Positions 9,504-20,056 of a stretch of 64,000 nt of DNA are shown here, in pieces. The notes under the pieces were generated by a model. That model had not been told where the DNA came from and did not search any database. It was given only the letters and a program-made list of their open reading frames with translations. The first letter of the stretch is position 1. Every line of letters begins with the position of its first letter. The DNA is from Nitrososphaeria archaeon (GTDB lineage: Archaea > Thermoproteota > Nitrososphaeria > JACIWG01): NCBI GenBank assembly GCA_963760525.1, contig CAVXDT010000014.1, positions 120,203-184,202 of the forward strand, written 5' to 3'. Position numbers and translations under genes: made by a program.

Positions 9504-9970
9504 CGTGTGTATTTCTTTAGCGTAGGTTGACTCTTGACTAATTCTTCCAATATTTCTTTGCTCATCCTGTCAACTAAGCTTCTTCCTTTACTCGTCAAAA
9601 CCCGCCCTTTTTTATCAAGCTTAGTGACAAAGCCAGCACTCTCAAGCTGTTGAAGAACTTTTCGTATCGAAGATCCACCCGCATCTCTATGGCGTCTAAA
9701 CGAATATCCCACACTTTTACCTCCGCCGTAGGCTGATCTTAAATCGCTCATTCCAATGGGGCCGTGCATGTAAACTTTTCTTAAGAGCGAAGCAGCTCTA
9801 ACGTACCACCAACCTTTATCTTGAGGCTGCCTTTCTGCATGCGAACCCGTCTTGACATAAAACGCCCATTCTGGAGGCATAACCTGTGTAGCATTATTTT
9901 TAATATGCTCAGCTAACCTAGCTATAAGCAGATTCTCTGGAACTTCGTGAGCTGTCGTCATTTTAATCAC
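9500..9970 (-). CDS. rps19e: 30S ribosomal protein S19e
   Basis: PEWAFYVKTG, WWYVRAASLLRK, IRKVLQQLE. Confidence 0.97.
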   Translation of the reverse strand: MIKMTTAHEVPENLLIARLAEHIKNNATQVMPPEWAFYVKTGSHAERQPQDKGWWYVRAASLLRKVYMHGPIGMSDLRSAYGGGKSVGYSFRRHRDAGGSSIRKVLQQLESAGFVTKLDKKGRVLTSKGRSLVDRMSKEILEELVKSQPTLKKYTR

Positions 9971-10118
9971 TAGGCATTAAAGCCCTTGCTTATCTAATAT
10001 TTAGACTTTTGATTCGCAGTCTTTTGTTTATTAGTTTACTACTCGTGTAATTCCTTTATTGTATTGTAGTTTCGCTAGAAAAGCTCCATAAACTTATAGA
10101 AAAGCAAATAGCTAATAC

Positions 10119-10892
10119 ATGCGCAAAGACTATATGAAATATAATCGACATTTTGGTCAGAATCTCATGAAGAGCTATTATTTCATAGAACGCATCTTAG
10201 ATATTTCAGATATAAAACATGAGGACACAATATTAGAAATAGGAGCAGGGGAGGGGGACCTTACAGAAGGTCTTTGCGAAAGGGCAGGTAAAGTTATATC
10301 ATACGAAGTTGATGAACGTCTGTTTCTTCTAGCCAAAAAGAGACTCTCAAAATATAAAAACTTGGTCTTATTGAACGAAAATGGCTTTAAGTCGACTTCT
10401 TGTTTTAACAAAATAAAAATAGTATCAAATTTGCCTTATTCGCAGTCAAGAAATTTCGTCTTCTGGCTTACGGAAAGGGATTTCGAGACCGCAACTGTAG
10501 TATTGCAGAAGGAATTTGTTGAAAAACTCATATCGCAGCCTGGAGTAAAAAGTTACCGTGCGATATCAGTGATATCACAACTTTCGTTCAAAATGTCCAC
10601 TTTCGACCAGATTCCTCCTGACGCATTCTTTCCCCCTCCCAAGGTTTATTCTTACATTGTGAAGTTTGAGGCTTTAAAGTCTTCTCTTCTGGATTATAGG
10701 AGTAGAAACCTATTGCGTTTATGCTTCTCTTTTAAGCGAAAGAAAATCTATAGTATTATCAAGTATTTCTCAAAAGATGTCTCTTCCCTACCTGACGAAA
10801 TTAAATCTATGAAAGAGAAGAGGATAGATCATCTTTCTCCTAGAGACTGTTTGGCTCTTTTAGGTTTTTTATCATCTTTTGAGGCGCAATAG
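10119..10892 (+). CDS. rsmA: 16S rRNA adenine dimethyltransferase KsgA/Dim1
   Basis: FGQNL, LEIGAGEG, SNLPY, FFPPPKV. Confidence 0.93.
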   Translation: MRKDYMKYNRHFGQNLMKSYYFIERILDISDIKHEDTILEIGAGEGDLTEGLCERAGKVISYEVDERLFLLAKKRLSKYKNLVLLNENGFKSTSCFNKIKIVSNLPYSQSRNFVFWLTERDFETATVVLQKEFVEKLISQPGVKSYRAISVISQLSFKMSTFDQIPPDAFFPPPKVYSYIVKFEALKSSLLDYRSRNLLRLCFSFKRKKIYSIIKYFSKDVSSLPDEIKSMKEKRIDHLSPRDCLALLGFLSSFEAQ

Positions 10893-10895
10893 ATC

Positions 10896-11423
10896 ATGTA
10901 CCTTCCTTCAGAGGACACTTTTCTCCTAATAAAATGTCTCGAATCTGCTAAACTTGAAGGCAAAATTCTTGAGATAGGAGTAGGTTCTGGTGAAGTCATA
11001 AAGACGGTGCTCTCGAAGGCTGAATTTTGTGCAGGATGTGATATGGAACTTGAAACCTTGAAACAAATCAGAAGCGAACTTCCAGATGAAATTGAATTGG
11101 TTTGCTGTGATTCAGGCAAATGCTTTATGTCAAATTCTTACGATGTAATAATGTTTAATCCACCATATTTACCATCAAAAAAAATAATTGATCACACGAT
11201 TGATGGAGGCAGAGTTGGAAATGAGGTTATATTGAAGTTCTTGGACGTCTCATTACGACTTGTCAAATCAACCGGCTCTATATTCTTTGTTACCTCTTCA
11301 TTGGCTGATGTAAGACATATCATAGATTTTGTCGAGAAAAGAGGGTTTATCTGTGATGAAGTTGCGAAAGAACATTATATGTTTGAGGTTATCTCGGTTT
11401 TCCGTTGTAGGCAATCATCTTGA
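10896..11423 (+). CDS. HemK2/Mtq2-type release factor glutamine methyltransferase
   Basis: YLPSEDT, LEIGVGSG, FNPPYLP, DGG. Confidence 0.9.
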   Translation: MYLPSEDTFLLIKCLESAKLEGKILEIGVGSGEVIKTVLSKAEFCAGCDMELETLKQIRSELPDEIELVCCDSGKCFMSNSYDVIMFNPPYLPSKKIIDHTIDGGRVGNEVILKFLDVSLRLVKSTGSIFFVTSSLADVRHIIDFVEKRGFICDEVAKEHYMFEVISVFRCRQSS

Positions 11424-12506
11424 CCTTATCTCAATAACGTCATTGTCATCCAGAACAAAATACCTGCCGACTTTTATCTCGTTATCATTTCTTAAGAGTT
11501 TTGCATAAAGGAAGTTCTTTGCCAGATCTTTATGTATTATCTCTGCAACTTCGATAACAGTCGCTTTTTTTCGGATTAAGATTGGTTTTTCCGCTATTCC
11601 TTTGCTGCGACTTCTTGTATAAATTCTTATTAAACCCAAGATTTTCAGTATCCTATCCAGTAGTTCATGTTTGTCAATAGTCAGTGAACCTGTGGGAAGA
11701 TTTTTGAAATTCAACTTCAATTGCCTCTCTTGTTCATCATTCCTGCATAGTACGATAGCTGGTCTGCTTATTTGGCCGAATAAAGTGGCCTCTATATCCT
11801 CTAATGTTGTTTCTTCAGATATCTTCACAATCGCATTGACTATTTTATATTCAAACAAGAATTGTCTAATCTCTTCTTCTGTACAAAATCTTGATTTTCC
11901 AGCAATCCTCAGCCCTCCAGTGCCCGTTTGCTCGATCCTAGCTTCTTTCTTTCTTAACGTTAATACAATATTGTACTGTGTAAGCCAGTTAATAAGAACA
12001 GAAAAATACTCTATGAAATCTTTTGAAGGGAACATCACAATTAAGAAGTCTGCATTGTATAAGAGTGCCCCAAACTTCTTTTGTTTTTCCTCACCCATTA
12101 TTGGATCAAAGGGACATAAAACGACTTGAAAAACTATGGAATCCGATTTAGAGGCGCCAACAGTAGGCTGAGTATAAACTGCGAACGGTTCCATTTCCTT
12201 TTTAGTGACTTTACTGAAGAATTGTATAGCATCATCCAGTTTGCCTATTACAGCTATTTGAAGTTCCTCACTTTTCCTTATACTCCAAATACTAACAATT
12301 GTGCCATGTTTTTTCTTTTTTCTTTCAATCTCTTCTTCTAGTCCCTTTATTTGTCTCTTTATTTGCATCTCAAGCTTTTCGGTAGACTTATGCTTTGGAA
12401 AAGAACTGTAAAATTGTCTAAGGAGTTCAAGCTTATCCTTCGGCTCCTTAGAAAACATCGCCTTTGCCCAAATAGCCTTCGCTTTAGCAGGTAGATTTGT
12501 TACCAT
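11415..12506 (-). CDS. DRG/Rbg-like TGS-domain protein with degenerate GTPase motifs
   Basis: N-terminal PKHKSTEKL helix pair, TGGLRI insertion and C-terminal TGS (IHKDLAKNFLYA...DVIEI); no GxxxxGKS. Confidence 0.8.
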   Translation of the reverse strand: MVTNLPAKAKAIWAKAMFSKEPKDKLELLRQFYSSFPKHKSTEKLEMQIKRQIKGLEEEIERKKKKHGTIVSIWSIRKSEELQIAVIGKLDDAIQFFSKVTKKEMEPFAVYTQPTVGASKSDSIVFQVVLCPFDPIMGEEKQKKFGALLYNADFLIVMFPSKDFIEYFSVLINWLTQYNIVLTLRKKEARIEQTGTGGLRIAGKSRFCTEEEIRQFLFEYKIVNAIVKISEETTLEDIEATLFGQISRPAIVLCRNDEQERQLKLNFKNLPTGSLTIDKHELLDRILKILGLIRIYTRSRSKGIAEKPILIRKKATVIEVAEIIHKDLAKNFLYAKLLRNDNEIKVGRYFVLDDNDVIEIRSR

Positions 12507-13235
12507 TCATTTGTCATCTTTTTCCAAAAGTTCTATCTTCTTCTCTATTCTATTTAATGCTGTTAGGACTAGCCCCGCTTCTTTCTGTGTAACAGCTCCT
12601 TTGCCAATCACATTCCTAAACGCGCGTTCTATCATTCTTCTCTTATAAGCTGGAAGATTAGTTTTGAAAGTCAAACTTTTGAATTTAGAAATTAGCATAA
12701 ATTTTGTTGCCTTATCCATCGCAGTAAAGGATGTAGCATTAATTTTAACCTTACTTAGCTCATAAAATATTATTACACCAGCCATTGCCACATTGAGTGT
12801 CGGATACTCCTGATTTGATGGAATGGTTATGACTGCGTCGCACGCTTCCAACTCCCGATTCGACAGTCCAGTGCTCTCTCGCCCAAACAGTACTGCAATT
12901 CTACCCTTAGTGGATGACGCTAACTCTGCAAACTGAGAAGGCGATATTGCGTTTCTGGTAAGATTTCCAGGTCTTTTTGCAGCTATAGCTGTTGTCCCAT
13001 AGAGAAGGCCAATTTCGTTTTTTAGGTCGTCGAAAGTCTGAAATATTTTCACATTATCAAGAAGGTTCTGAGCGTGAACAGCCATCTTCCTTGCCTCATC
13101 ACCTAGGCTATCTTTTGGATTAACCAGATAGAGTTCTTTCAAACCAAAGTTCTTCATCGCTCTGGCTATTGCACCTATGTTACCTTGACTTTCTGGTTCT
13201 ATCATGGCTACGACTATATCCGTCATAAGGCACAC
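12507..13235 (-). CDS. trmJ: TrmJ-family SPOUT tRNA methyltransferase
   Basis: GNIGAIARAMKNFG, FGRESTGL, YPTLNVA. Confidence 0.92.
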   Translation of the reverse strand: MCLMTDIVVAMIEPESQGNIGAIARAMKNFGLKELYLVNPKDSLGDEARKMAVHAQNLLDNVKIFQTFDDLKNEIGLLYGTTAIAAKRPGNLTRNAISPSQFAELASSTKGRIAVLFGRESTGLSNRELEACDAVITIPSNQEYPTLNVAMAGVIIFYELSKVKINATSFTAMDKATKFMLISKFKSLTFKTNLPAYKRRMIERAFRNVIGKGAVTQKEAGLVLTALNRIEKKIELLEKDDK

Positions 13236-13295
13236 CTTTCCTTCAACTCATGACTTTAGTAAAAACGATTTAAATATTAGGGTATAACTGGGGAG

Positions 13296-13814
13296 GTGAA
13301 CGCTATGCAAGGTAGGAACTATCGTCATTCAGCAGGAATGCCATATACAAGAAAAGATTACATAGGTGGGAATCCACAATCTAAAATTGCAAAATTTTCT
13401 ACTGGGCAAGCTAGTGGTAATTATGATGTCGAACTGCAACTTGTGTCAGCTCGCAAAATTCAAATTAGGTCCAATGCTCTAGAAGCAGCACGTGTTGCTG
13501 CAAACAAAAAACTTCAAGAGATTGGAGAAGCCAACTATTATCTACTATTGAAACCATATCCTCACATTGTTCTAAAAGAAAACAGGATGATTGCTACAGC
13601 TGGTGCGGATCGTCTATCAATGGGTATGAGGCTGTCTTTTGGAAAGCCTGTAGGTCGAGGTGCACGTGTAAATATTAACGATGTGATAATGCTGTTAAGG
13701 TTGAGTAGAGCAAATATCGAGAAAGCAAGAGAAGCGCTTAAGACTGCTTCTTCGAAGCTTCCGATGGAAACCAGAATAAATGAAGTTGTATTGCAGAGAC
13801 CAGCCTCAGAATAA
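13296..13814 (+). CDS. rpl10e: 50S ribosomal protein L16/L10e
   Basis: QIRSNALEAARVAANK, AGADRLSMGMRLSFGKP. Confidence 0.97.
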   Translation: MNAMQGRNYRHSAGMPYTRKDYIGGNPQSKIAKFSTGQASGNYDVELQLVSARKIQIRSNALEAARVAANKKLQEIGEANYYLLLKPYPHIVLKENRMIATAGADRLSMGMRLSFGKPVGRGARVNINDVIMLLRLSRANIEKAREALKTASSKLPMETRINEVVLQRPASE

Positions 13815-13972
13815 TTCCAGTTCTTTCAAGAAAGCATTTTGTTTATGATTCAAGCTCTCCTTCAGCAGTCGTACCCGCTAAGCCTACGCCAATAACCACA
13901 ATTCTTTCAATAATCCGATTTTCTCTTGCTAGGATTAAACCTTTTTGTATTTTATTCTTCTAAGATGTATGG

Positions 13973-15173
13973 ATGCTAGTAGGTGTTATAGGCAAAACCA
14001 ATGTTGGCAAAAGCACATTTTTCAGTGCTGCCACAATGTTAAATGTTCCAATAGCAAACTACCCGTTCACAACTATAAATCCCAATGTAGGAGTAGCGTA
14101 TTTCAAGACTCAATGTATATGTAGGGAAATGGGGGTTCAAGATACCCCTACAAATTCCGTTTGCGTAAACGGTACAAGGCTTATCCCTGTTAAACTCATG
14201 GATGTCGCCGGCCTTGTTCCTGGAGCTTCAAGCGGCAGAGGTCTCGGTAACAAATTCTTAGATGACCTACGCCAGGCAGACGCGCTTGTTCATGTTGTTG
14301 ATGCTTCTGGATCCACTGATATCGAAGGAAGGCCAGTAGTACCGGGATTACATGATCCGATGGAAGATGTACAGTTTGTGGAAAATGAGCTTGATCTTTG
14401 GTTCTTTAATATCTTAAAGAGCGATTGGTTGAAGGTCTCCAAATCCAGCGATGCAGGCTTTGATGCTGGGGTAGTCCAGCTACATCAGAAGGTGTCTGGA
14501 CTTTCTATCTCGAAAGCTCACATTCTGAAGGCAATCGAATCTGTCGGATTGATGAATAAGAAACTGTCATCATGGACAGAGCAAAATCTCTTTGAATTTG
14601 TAAAGCATGTTCGCAGGATTTCAAAGCCTACAATTATTGCAGCTAACAAGATCGATCTTTTCCCAGCTCCTGTAAATTATGAGAAGTTAAAGTCAACAGA
14701 AAAGCTATGTATTCCATGTTCTGCGGAATCTGAGCTCGTATTAAGACGTGCTTCTGAAAAAAAGCTAATAGAATATTTACCCGGAGATAGCGATTTTAAG
14801 ATCGTTTCTGAATTAAATGATCAGCAGAAGAAAGCTTTAGATCTCATAAGAGAAAGAGTATTGAGTAAATGGAAGTCGACAGGGGTTCAAGAGGTTATAA
14901 ATTACACTTTCAGAGAATTACTCGAGTTAATAACAGTCTATCCTGTAGAAGACGAACATAAATTATCAGATAAAAAAGGAAATATTCTCCCAGAAGCGTA
15001 TTTGATCAAAAAGGGTTCCACTGCAAAAGACCTAGCTTACAAAATACACACTGACCTCGGTGAAGGTTTTCTCTATGCCATGGATGTGAAAAAGGGAGTA
15101 AGGGTCGGCGCTGATCATGACTCCTCGATAATGAGACGTCATAAAAATTGTTTCAGCTAAGGCTAGGGGTTAA
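13973..15173 (+). CDS. ychF: YchF/Obg-family ATPase; extreme C-terminus frameshifted near 15120-15135
   Basis: [23 protein letters not shown]; expected tail [12 protein letters not shown] lies in another frame ending at 15173. Confidence 0.9.
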
Positions 15174-15776
15174 TTCTTTCTTCTTCGTTCGTTTGATAAC
15201 TTATACACCTTGAGCTTTCTTATGCTCGTATATCGTATCTTAATATCTTCTTTGAATTATCGAATATTTCAGAAGCAATCTTTCCTAAAACTGATTCCAG
15301 CACGAACTGGTCGAAAGTAAGCTTCTTTGCCTTCTCTTCCACTATTTTGTCCGCTATCCTTCCTTATAGCCTTCTTCCTAGAAGCGTTTATTTTAGTTGA
15401 AGTATAGATTATGACAAATACCCGGAGTCCAGCTCCATCTTTTGTTTCGATATTGCTAAAGAAATCAATAATTGATGTTCCTTTTCGAATTATACTCTTT
15501 AGGGCCTCCCTTGCCAGCTCAAATTGTTTGAAGTTGGTTTTGGCTACGTCGCCCTGAACCTCCCTTATTTGAAACTTCAAGCTTCATAGCATGTTGCTCT
15601 TCTTCTTCTCCAACTAAATCAAAAAGTGTAGTTTCTATAATTCTCCCTATTGCGTTTTTAACTTCAGTAATTGGTACCTTTACAATTATCTTGTTTCCAA
15701 ATATTGCTGGAGCTTCCACTTGAACCCAAGTCTTTTCCTTCCACTTATCCTTGACTTTTATCACTCTTCTCGGCAT
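15170..15776 (-). CDS. rps3ae: 30S ribosomal protein S3Ae, split by several single-base frameshifts (3' end approximate)
   Basis: KDKWKEKTW..APAIFG, IGRIIETTL, KFQI, KKAIRK, then IADKIVEEKAKKLTFDQFV...GKIASEI in shifted frames. Confidence 0.88.
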
Positions 15777-15777
15777 C

Positions 15778-17301
15778 TTATTCACCTAAAATTTCGTAAT
15801 ATTTTTCTCTTACCTTTGCTGGCCAATCTTCCACTTTAAAACCTTTCTCCGCCAGAAAAGCAGCTACCCATCTGGATTCTCCTAAACCTGTACACCCTGT
15901 CCAAATGTCACTGTTATCACTACCTTTTATCTTAAATGCATCAACGAATTTCTTCTTGTGCACAAAGCATCCTGCGACTTCAAGCCACTCAGATTTTTCT
16001 CGAAGTCCTCTATAGGGAAGGTATATTTCTATGTCGTAAGCTGGGACTTCCACGCTATTAAGAGGATCAAATTGTGTTGATGCCTGCTTGACATAGAATG
16101 GTGCTGCTGCGGTTATTCTCCATTCTAAGTCCAGTATTCTATCTGCCACGTGGATTCCTCTCTCAACGATCTTATCACGGATTTCTACTACCTGTTCTGG
16201 CAGACCAACATAAGTCATTTCTATTCTCTGAAACTCTGTTACTCTAACAAGCCCTTCCACACCCCCTCCTTCCCATCTGTATGTATAACCGGAAGCATCA
16301 TAGTATTTCAATGGATATGCAGAAGAATCGTGTGCTACTTGGCTATAATATTGCCAGAATGGCTCACACTGTGCAGGGGCTAATACATAGGCTGGATCTT
16401 TTAGCACACTCTTAAGTTCTCCTATAGGAATTTCCTTTCTGATCTTATATTCTTCTTTAAAGTTCTCAAAGGCCTCTGGCTCACGAGGTGGAGGTGAAAC
16501 ATAAAACATTCCTTCTGGAATGCTGTCAAAATATCCTGGCATTTTCTTCATAACTTCAAATGGTATCAGTTTAGGAAGGAGGAATGGTTTGAACCCTAAC
16601 TTTTGAGCGATTTCTTTGAGCAAGATAGACTTTATTGTCTCGAAAAGTGCACCGTATTTGCTTGCGTAAATGAACTGACCTCGGCCTGGAAAGTTTACGA
16701 TCCATCCAAGTTCCAGACCAGTGATAAGTGGATCACCTGAATAAGTCATCTGCTTTTTTTCAGAGGTTTTAACTATTGGTTGTGTCTGATCGAAAGCGAC
16801 GTGCTTTTCCCTAGACACTTCTTCTATAAGAGTTATTAGTCTGTCTATGATGTTTCCTCTTAAATCTTGTTCTTCTAAGGTTTCAAGTTCGATTACTGTG
16901 TCTCCTTTTTCTGTGGAAACTGTTGTAATCTTAGGAATTGATTTGATCTTGTTTAGGGCAATTTCGTCGAGTTCATTTTCTAATTGTATTTCAAATTTCT
17001 TTGCACTGATATCTCTTATGCCAATTCTTAGCTTTTCTCCTAAATGCTTCGATAGGATCTTATTTAACCTAAGTAATCCAACATGTGCCCTCACAAGATT
17101 TCCAGAGGTGACACTGACCTTCAATATGTTTTCTGATATTGTCCAGTCAGAAACATAACAGGCATTTTCTAGGTCTTTCTCTGCTCCTCTAATCAGAGCA
17201 CTCTTGGATTCTTCAAAAGCTTCTCTCAAAACTTCTGCAACATTCCCATGTGTCTTGCTAAGGACGAAGTATCCTTCTGTCTTTATTCTAATTTTTTCCA
17301 T
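15778..17301 (-). CDS. serS: Seryl-tRNA synthetase, methanogen (Zn-dependent) type
   Basis: N-terminal SG..VRAH..LLR domain, AQCEPF, YRWEGGG, EFQRIE, WTGCTGLG. Confidence 0.88.
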   Translation of the reverse strand: MEKIRIKTEGYFVLSKTHGNVAEVLREAFEESKSALIRGAEKDLENACYVSDWTISENILKVSVTSGNLVRAHVGLLRLNKILSKHLGEKLRIGIRDISAKKFEIQLENELDEIALNKIKSIPKITTVSTEKGDTVIELETLEEQDLRGNIIDRLITLIEEVSREKHVAFDQTQPIVKTSEKKQMTYSGDPLITGLELGWIVNFPGRGQFIYASKYGALFETIKSILLKEIAQKLGFKPFLLPKLIPFEVMKKMPGYFDSIPEGMFYVSPPPREPEAFENFKEEYKIRKEIPIGELKSVLKDPAYVLAPAQCEPFWQYYSQVAHDSSAYPLKYYDASGYTYRWEGGGVEGLVRVTEFQRIEMTYVGLPEQVVEIRDKIVERGIHVADRILDLEWRITAAAPFYVKQASTQFDPLNSVEVPAYDIEIYLPYRGLREKSEWLEVAGCFVHKKKFVDAFKIKGSDNSDIWTGCTGLGESRWVAAFLAEKGFKVEDWPAKVREKYYEILGE

Positions 17302-17549
17302 TTTCAGTCACCAAAACAGTTTGTATGCACAAGTTTATGTTATCGAGTACCTCTCGAACTGTGGATATTAAAGTTTCTGGGTTCTGCTGGGAGGCCACCT
17401 TTAAAAGAATCTTGCCTTCTTGAATTATACATTCGAATAATATCTTATTGGGAATGTTTACGTTGTCTGGATTCAAAGCTTTTAAAATGGTTTCAATTAG
17501 TTTCTTATCCTCTGAATCAAGCGTTAGAGTGATCTACTGTTTTTCTCAT
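17288..17549 (-). CDS. pcc1: KEOPS subunit Pcc1 (one-base frameshift near the 5' end)
   Basis: ILKALNPDNVNIP...LISTVREVLDNI; conserved position between the DHH gene and serS/S3Ae. Confidence 0.7.
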
Positions 17550-18947
17550 CCCTTACCTTTTTTGTTATTTCCTCAATAAACTTTGCATATGATTCTAAAG
17601 GTATTTTTGCGCCAGCTGCAACTGCATGTCCTCCGCCTATTCCACCCAATTCTTTTGCGGTTTCCTTTAGTATTAAGCCAAAGTTAAGTCCTTCGAATCC
17701 CTCCCCTCTTCTGACCGAGATTTTCAGATCATTATCCTTGGTTTTTGTTTTCAATATTATTACTTTGTCTTTGAATGCCAGTGAGCTTGAAAGTATTGAA
17801 GAAACCGCTCCTAGCATTTTCTCATCTATCAAGTCATCGCCTATTACCTGCACAATTCGTTCTCCATTAAGAATCCTATTAGCATCTGTATTTATGATCT
17901 GAAGGTACTGTGATAATGTTCGCCTATAATTTTGGAGTATCTTTCTCCTTCTAAACAGCCTTCGTCACGTTCTCCAAGACATATTAGAATTCCTATGCTA
18001 GCTTTCCCACTTCTTCCACACGCGTTAAGTAAAGACCCAAATTCTCTTGCATCTCTCAAATTAGATCTCTCTTCTTCTTTTATTAGAGTGTAAACATTAC
18101 CAAAAAGTTCTTCCACTACATCACTCTTCGCTCCTCCCTTTGTTATGTATGGAATTAGTATCTCGATGAGTTTCATTTTTTCCTCATAAGACAGTTCAGA
18201 TATGGTTCTCCATCTTTCTCCTTCCTTGACCTTAAAGTCAGATGAAACAAGAGCAGCTAAGCATGCATCGTAGTTGCCAGTTAGTAACGGTATAAAAGGA
18301 GTGTTTGTTGATGCAATAGCATCATGGATAGGTTTAGTTTCTCTGCCATAGAAAATCAAATCCTTTTCTTCTTTTATTAAATCAGAATCTTTAGCGTCCT
18401 TCAGTATTACCTTTTGATTAACTCCAATAAGGCTTCTTGACGGACCTTGGTCTTGTCTGTCGGCAAGTGCGCCTACAATAGCAAGTGCTGAAAGATCCTT
18501 GTTCGAGCTATTTAACTTCTTAGACACAAGGTATGCTACGCCAGATCCAGAAATTTCTGTTCCTCCTTCTATCGCATAAGCATGAGGATTAATGACTCTG
18601 GAATGTTCCAGCTCTTCTTGGGAACTCTGGTGATGATCTAGTATAACCCAGTGTTCGTCAAGTTCTTTGTCTAGTAAGCCTACAAATCCCATCCCAATAT
18701 CTACAAAAACATAATAATCATATTCTTGTTTCTTTAAGTTGAAGATTGAGTTTGAGCTCAGATCGCTCACTGTTCTTATCAAAGCTCTGCCTTCTTCTTT
18801 GAAAATACTTTTCCCGATTATGCTTCCAGCTGTTAGACCGTCAGCATCTAGGTGGCATATTACAATAATTTGTTTCTTTTCTTCAATAGCATTTTCAATA
18901 ATCTCACATATGCTTTCTGACTTCTCCCTAAGCTCTTTAATGCCCAT
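17524..18947 (-). CDS. RecJ/GAN/Cdc45-like DHH phosphoesterase, split by one frameshift near 17940
   Basis: HLDADG, LDHH, GALAD, LNACGR, then DHHA1 GGGHAVAAGA in the downstream ORF; one extra A restores the frame. Confidence 0.88.
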
Positions 18948-18958
18948 AAACTTGGCAC

Positions 18959-19408
18959 TTACTTTAGCTGCGCAATCTTAGCAGAGTATTTCCATTTTCC
19001 GTCAATCATGCCTTCTTCCTTGTAATGTTTCGAAAGTCGATGAATCCTTGCTTCGACAAGTTCAAGAGATCTAACATTCTTGCCATCCTTCTTATGTGTT
19101 TTCAAATGGTCATTCAACTTTTGCGCCTTTCTAATAAGGTTTTCAAGGTCATTGGGCATTTTTGAAGCTAATTTATTCTCTTTTAGAATTGCCGTTATCG
19201 TCTTTCCAGTTATTTGCTTTTGCAAGGGTATACCATATTGATCCCTTAGGTTAACTCCAATTTTACTAGTCGTTAATCCCTCATTGGCCATCTTAATTAT
19301 CAAAGAAACTATTTCCTCTTGTGTATACGTTACCCAAGGTGGGTTGAGTTTGTAGACTGGCCTAATCGAATGTGCCTTTCCCCTCATATGTGAATATTGT
19401 CTTGCCAT
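18959..19408 (-). CDS. rps15: 30S ribosomal protein S15/S13e
   Basis: IGVNLRDQYGIP, LVEARIHRLSKHYK. Confidence 0.97.
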   Translation of the reverse strand: MARQYSHMRGKAHSIRPVYKLNPPWVTYTQEEIVSLIIKMANEGLTTSKIGVNLRDQYGIPLQKQITGKTITAILKENKLASKMPNDLENLIRKAQKLNDHLKTHKKDGKNVRSLELVEARIHRLSKHYKEEGMIDGKWKYSAKIAQLK

Positions 19409-19423
19409 ATGCGAACATACTCT

Positions 19424-20056
19424 CTACGTACTTGCTTTAAATATATTTTGTTGACAGTCTTTCATCCATTCCCCCCACTTTTTAAAAGCCTTTCCTCTAT
19501 GAGAAAAACTATTCTTTTCTTCTATGTTCATTTGAGCAAAAGTCTTGTCATTCCCATCAGGCACAAAGATAGGGTCAAACCCGAAGCCTCCTTTGCCAAT
19601 AGTGCTAGATAAGATATTCCCATAGATTTCGCCTCTAAATAGGAATATTCTTTTTTCTTTACTCTTATAACCTACCACTGAAATAAACATGGCTTTTCTT
19701 TCCTGTCTTCCTTCCATTAGCTTGATGACTCCCTCGCATTGAATCTTTTTGTATACAAAGGAAGAGTAGGGTCCTGGGAACCCATTTAATGCATCAATAA
19801 ACAGTCCAGAGTCTTCGATAATTATTGGTAATGCGTCATCAGGAATCATATTAAGAGCAAATGTTACTATTTCTTCTAATTGCTCGGCTTGAATTTCCAT
19901 TTTCTTGACATTTGCCTGTTCCAAATTTATTTTGAATTCCGAAAGTATCTGGTTTGCCTCTGATATCTTGTCAAGGTTTTCCGTTGCAAAACTGATTCGA
20001 CTCTTAGTCTGAGGCAGCATATCTACCTCTCTTCTCAATTTCACGTATGTTATCAA
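19424..20056 (-). CDS. rdgB: Non-canonical purine NTP pyrophosphatase (RdgB/HAM1); true start probably ATG at 20020
   Basis: EDSGL, GFPGPYS, GFGFDPIF, SHRGKA. Confidence 0.95.
   Translation of the reverse strand: MITYVKLRREVDMLPQTKSRISFATENLDKISEANQILSEFKINLEQANVKKMEIQAEQLEEIVTFALNMIPDDALPIIIEDSGLFIDALNGFPGPYSSFVYKKIQCEGVIKLMEGRQERKAMFISVVGYKSKEKRIFLFRGEIYGNILSSTIGKGGFGFDPIFVPDGNDKTFAQMNIEEKNSFSHRGKAFKKWGEWMKDCQQNIFKAST

Noticed and set aside
15100..17960. Frameshifts in ychF, rps3ae, pcc1 and the RecJ/GAN-like gene as programmed recoding or further introns
   Set aside because: They are single-base gains or losses clustered within about 3 kb of conserved housekeeping genes, often in short homopolymers, with no BHB-bounded insert. 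Sequencing or assembly error is the simplest explanation; read mapping would settle it.
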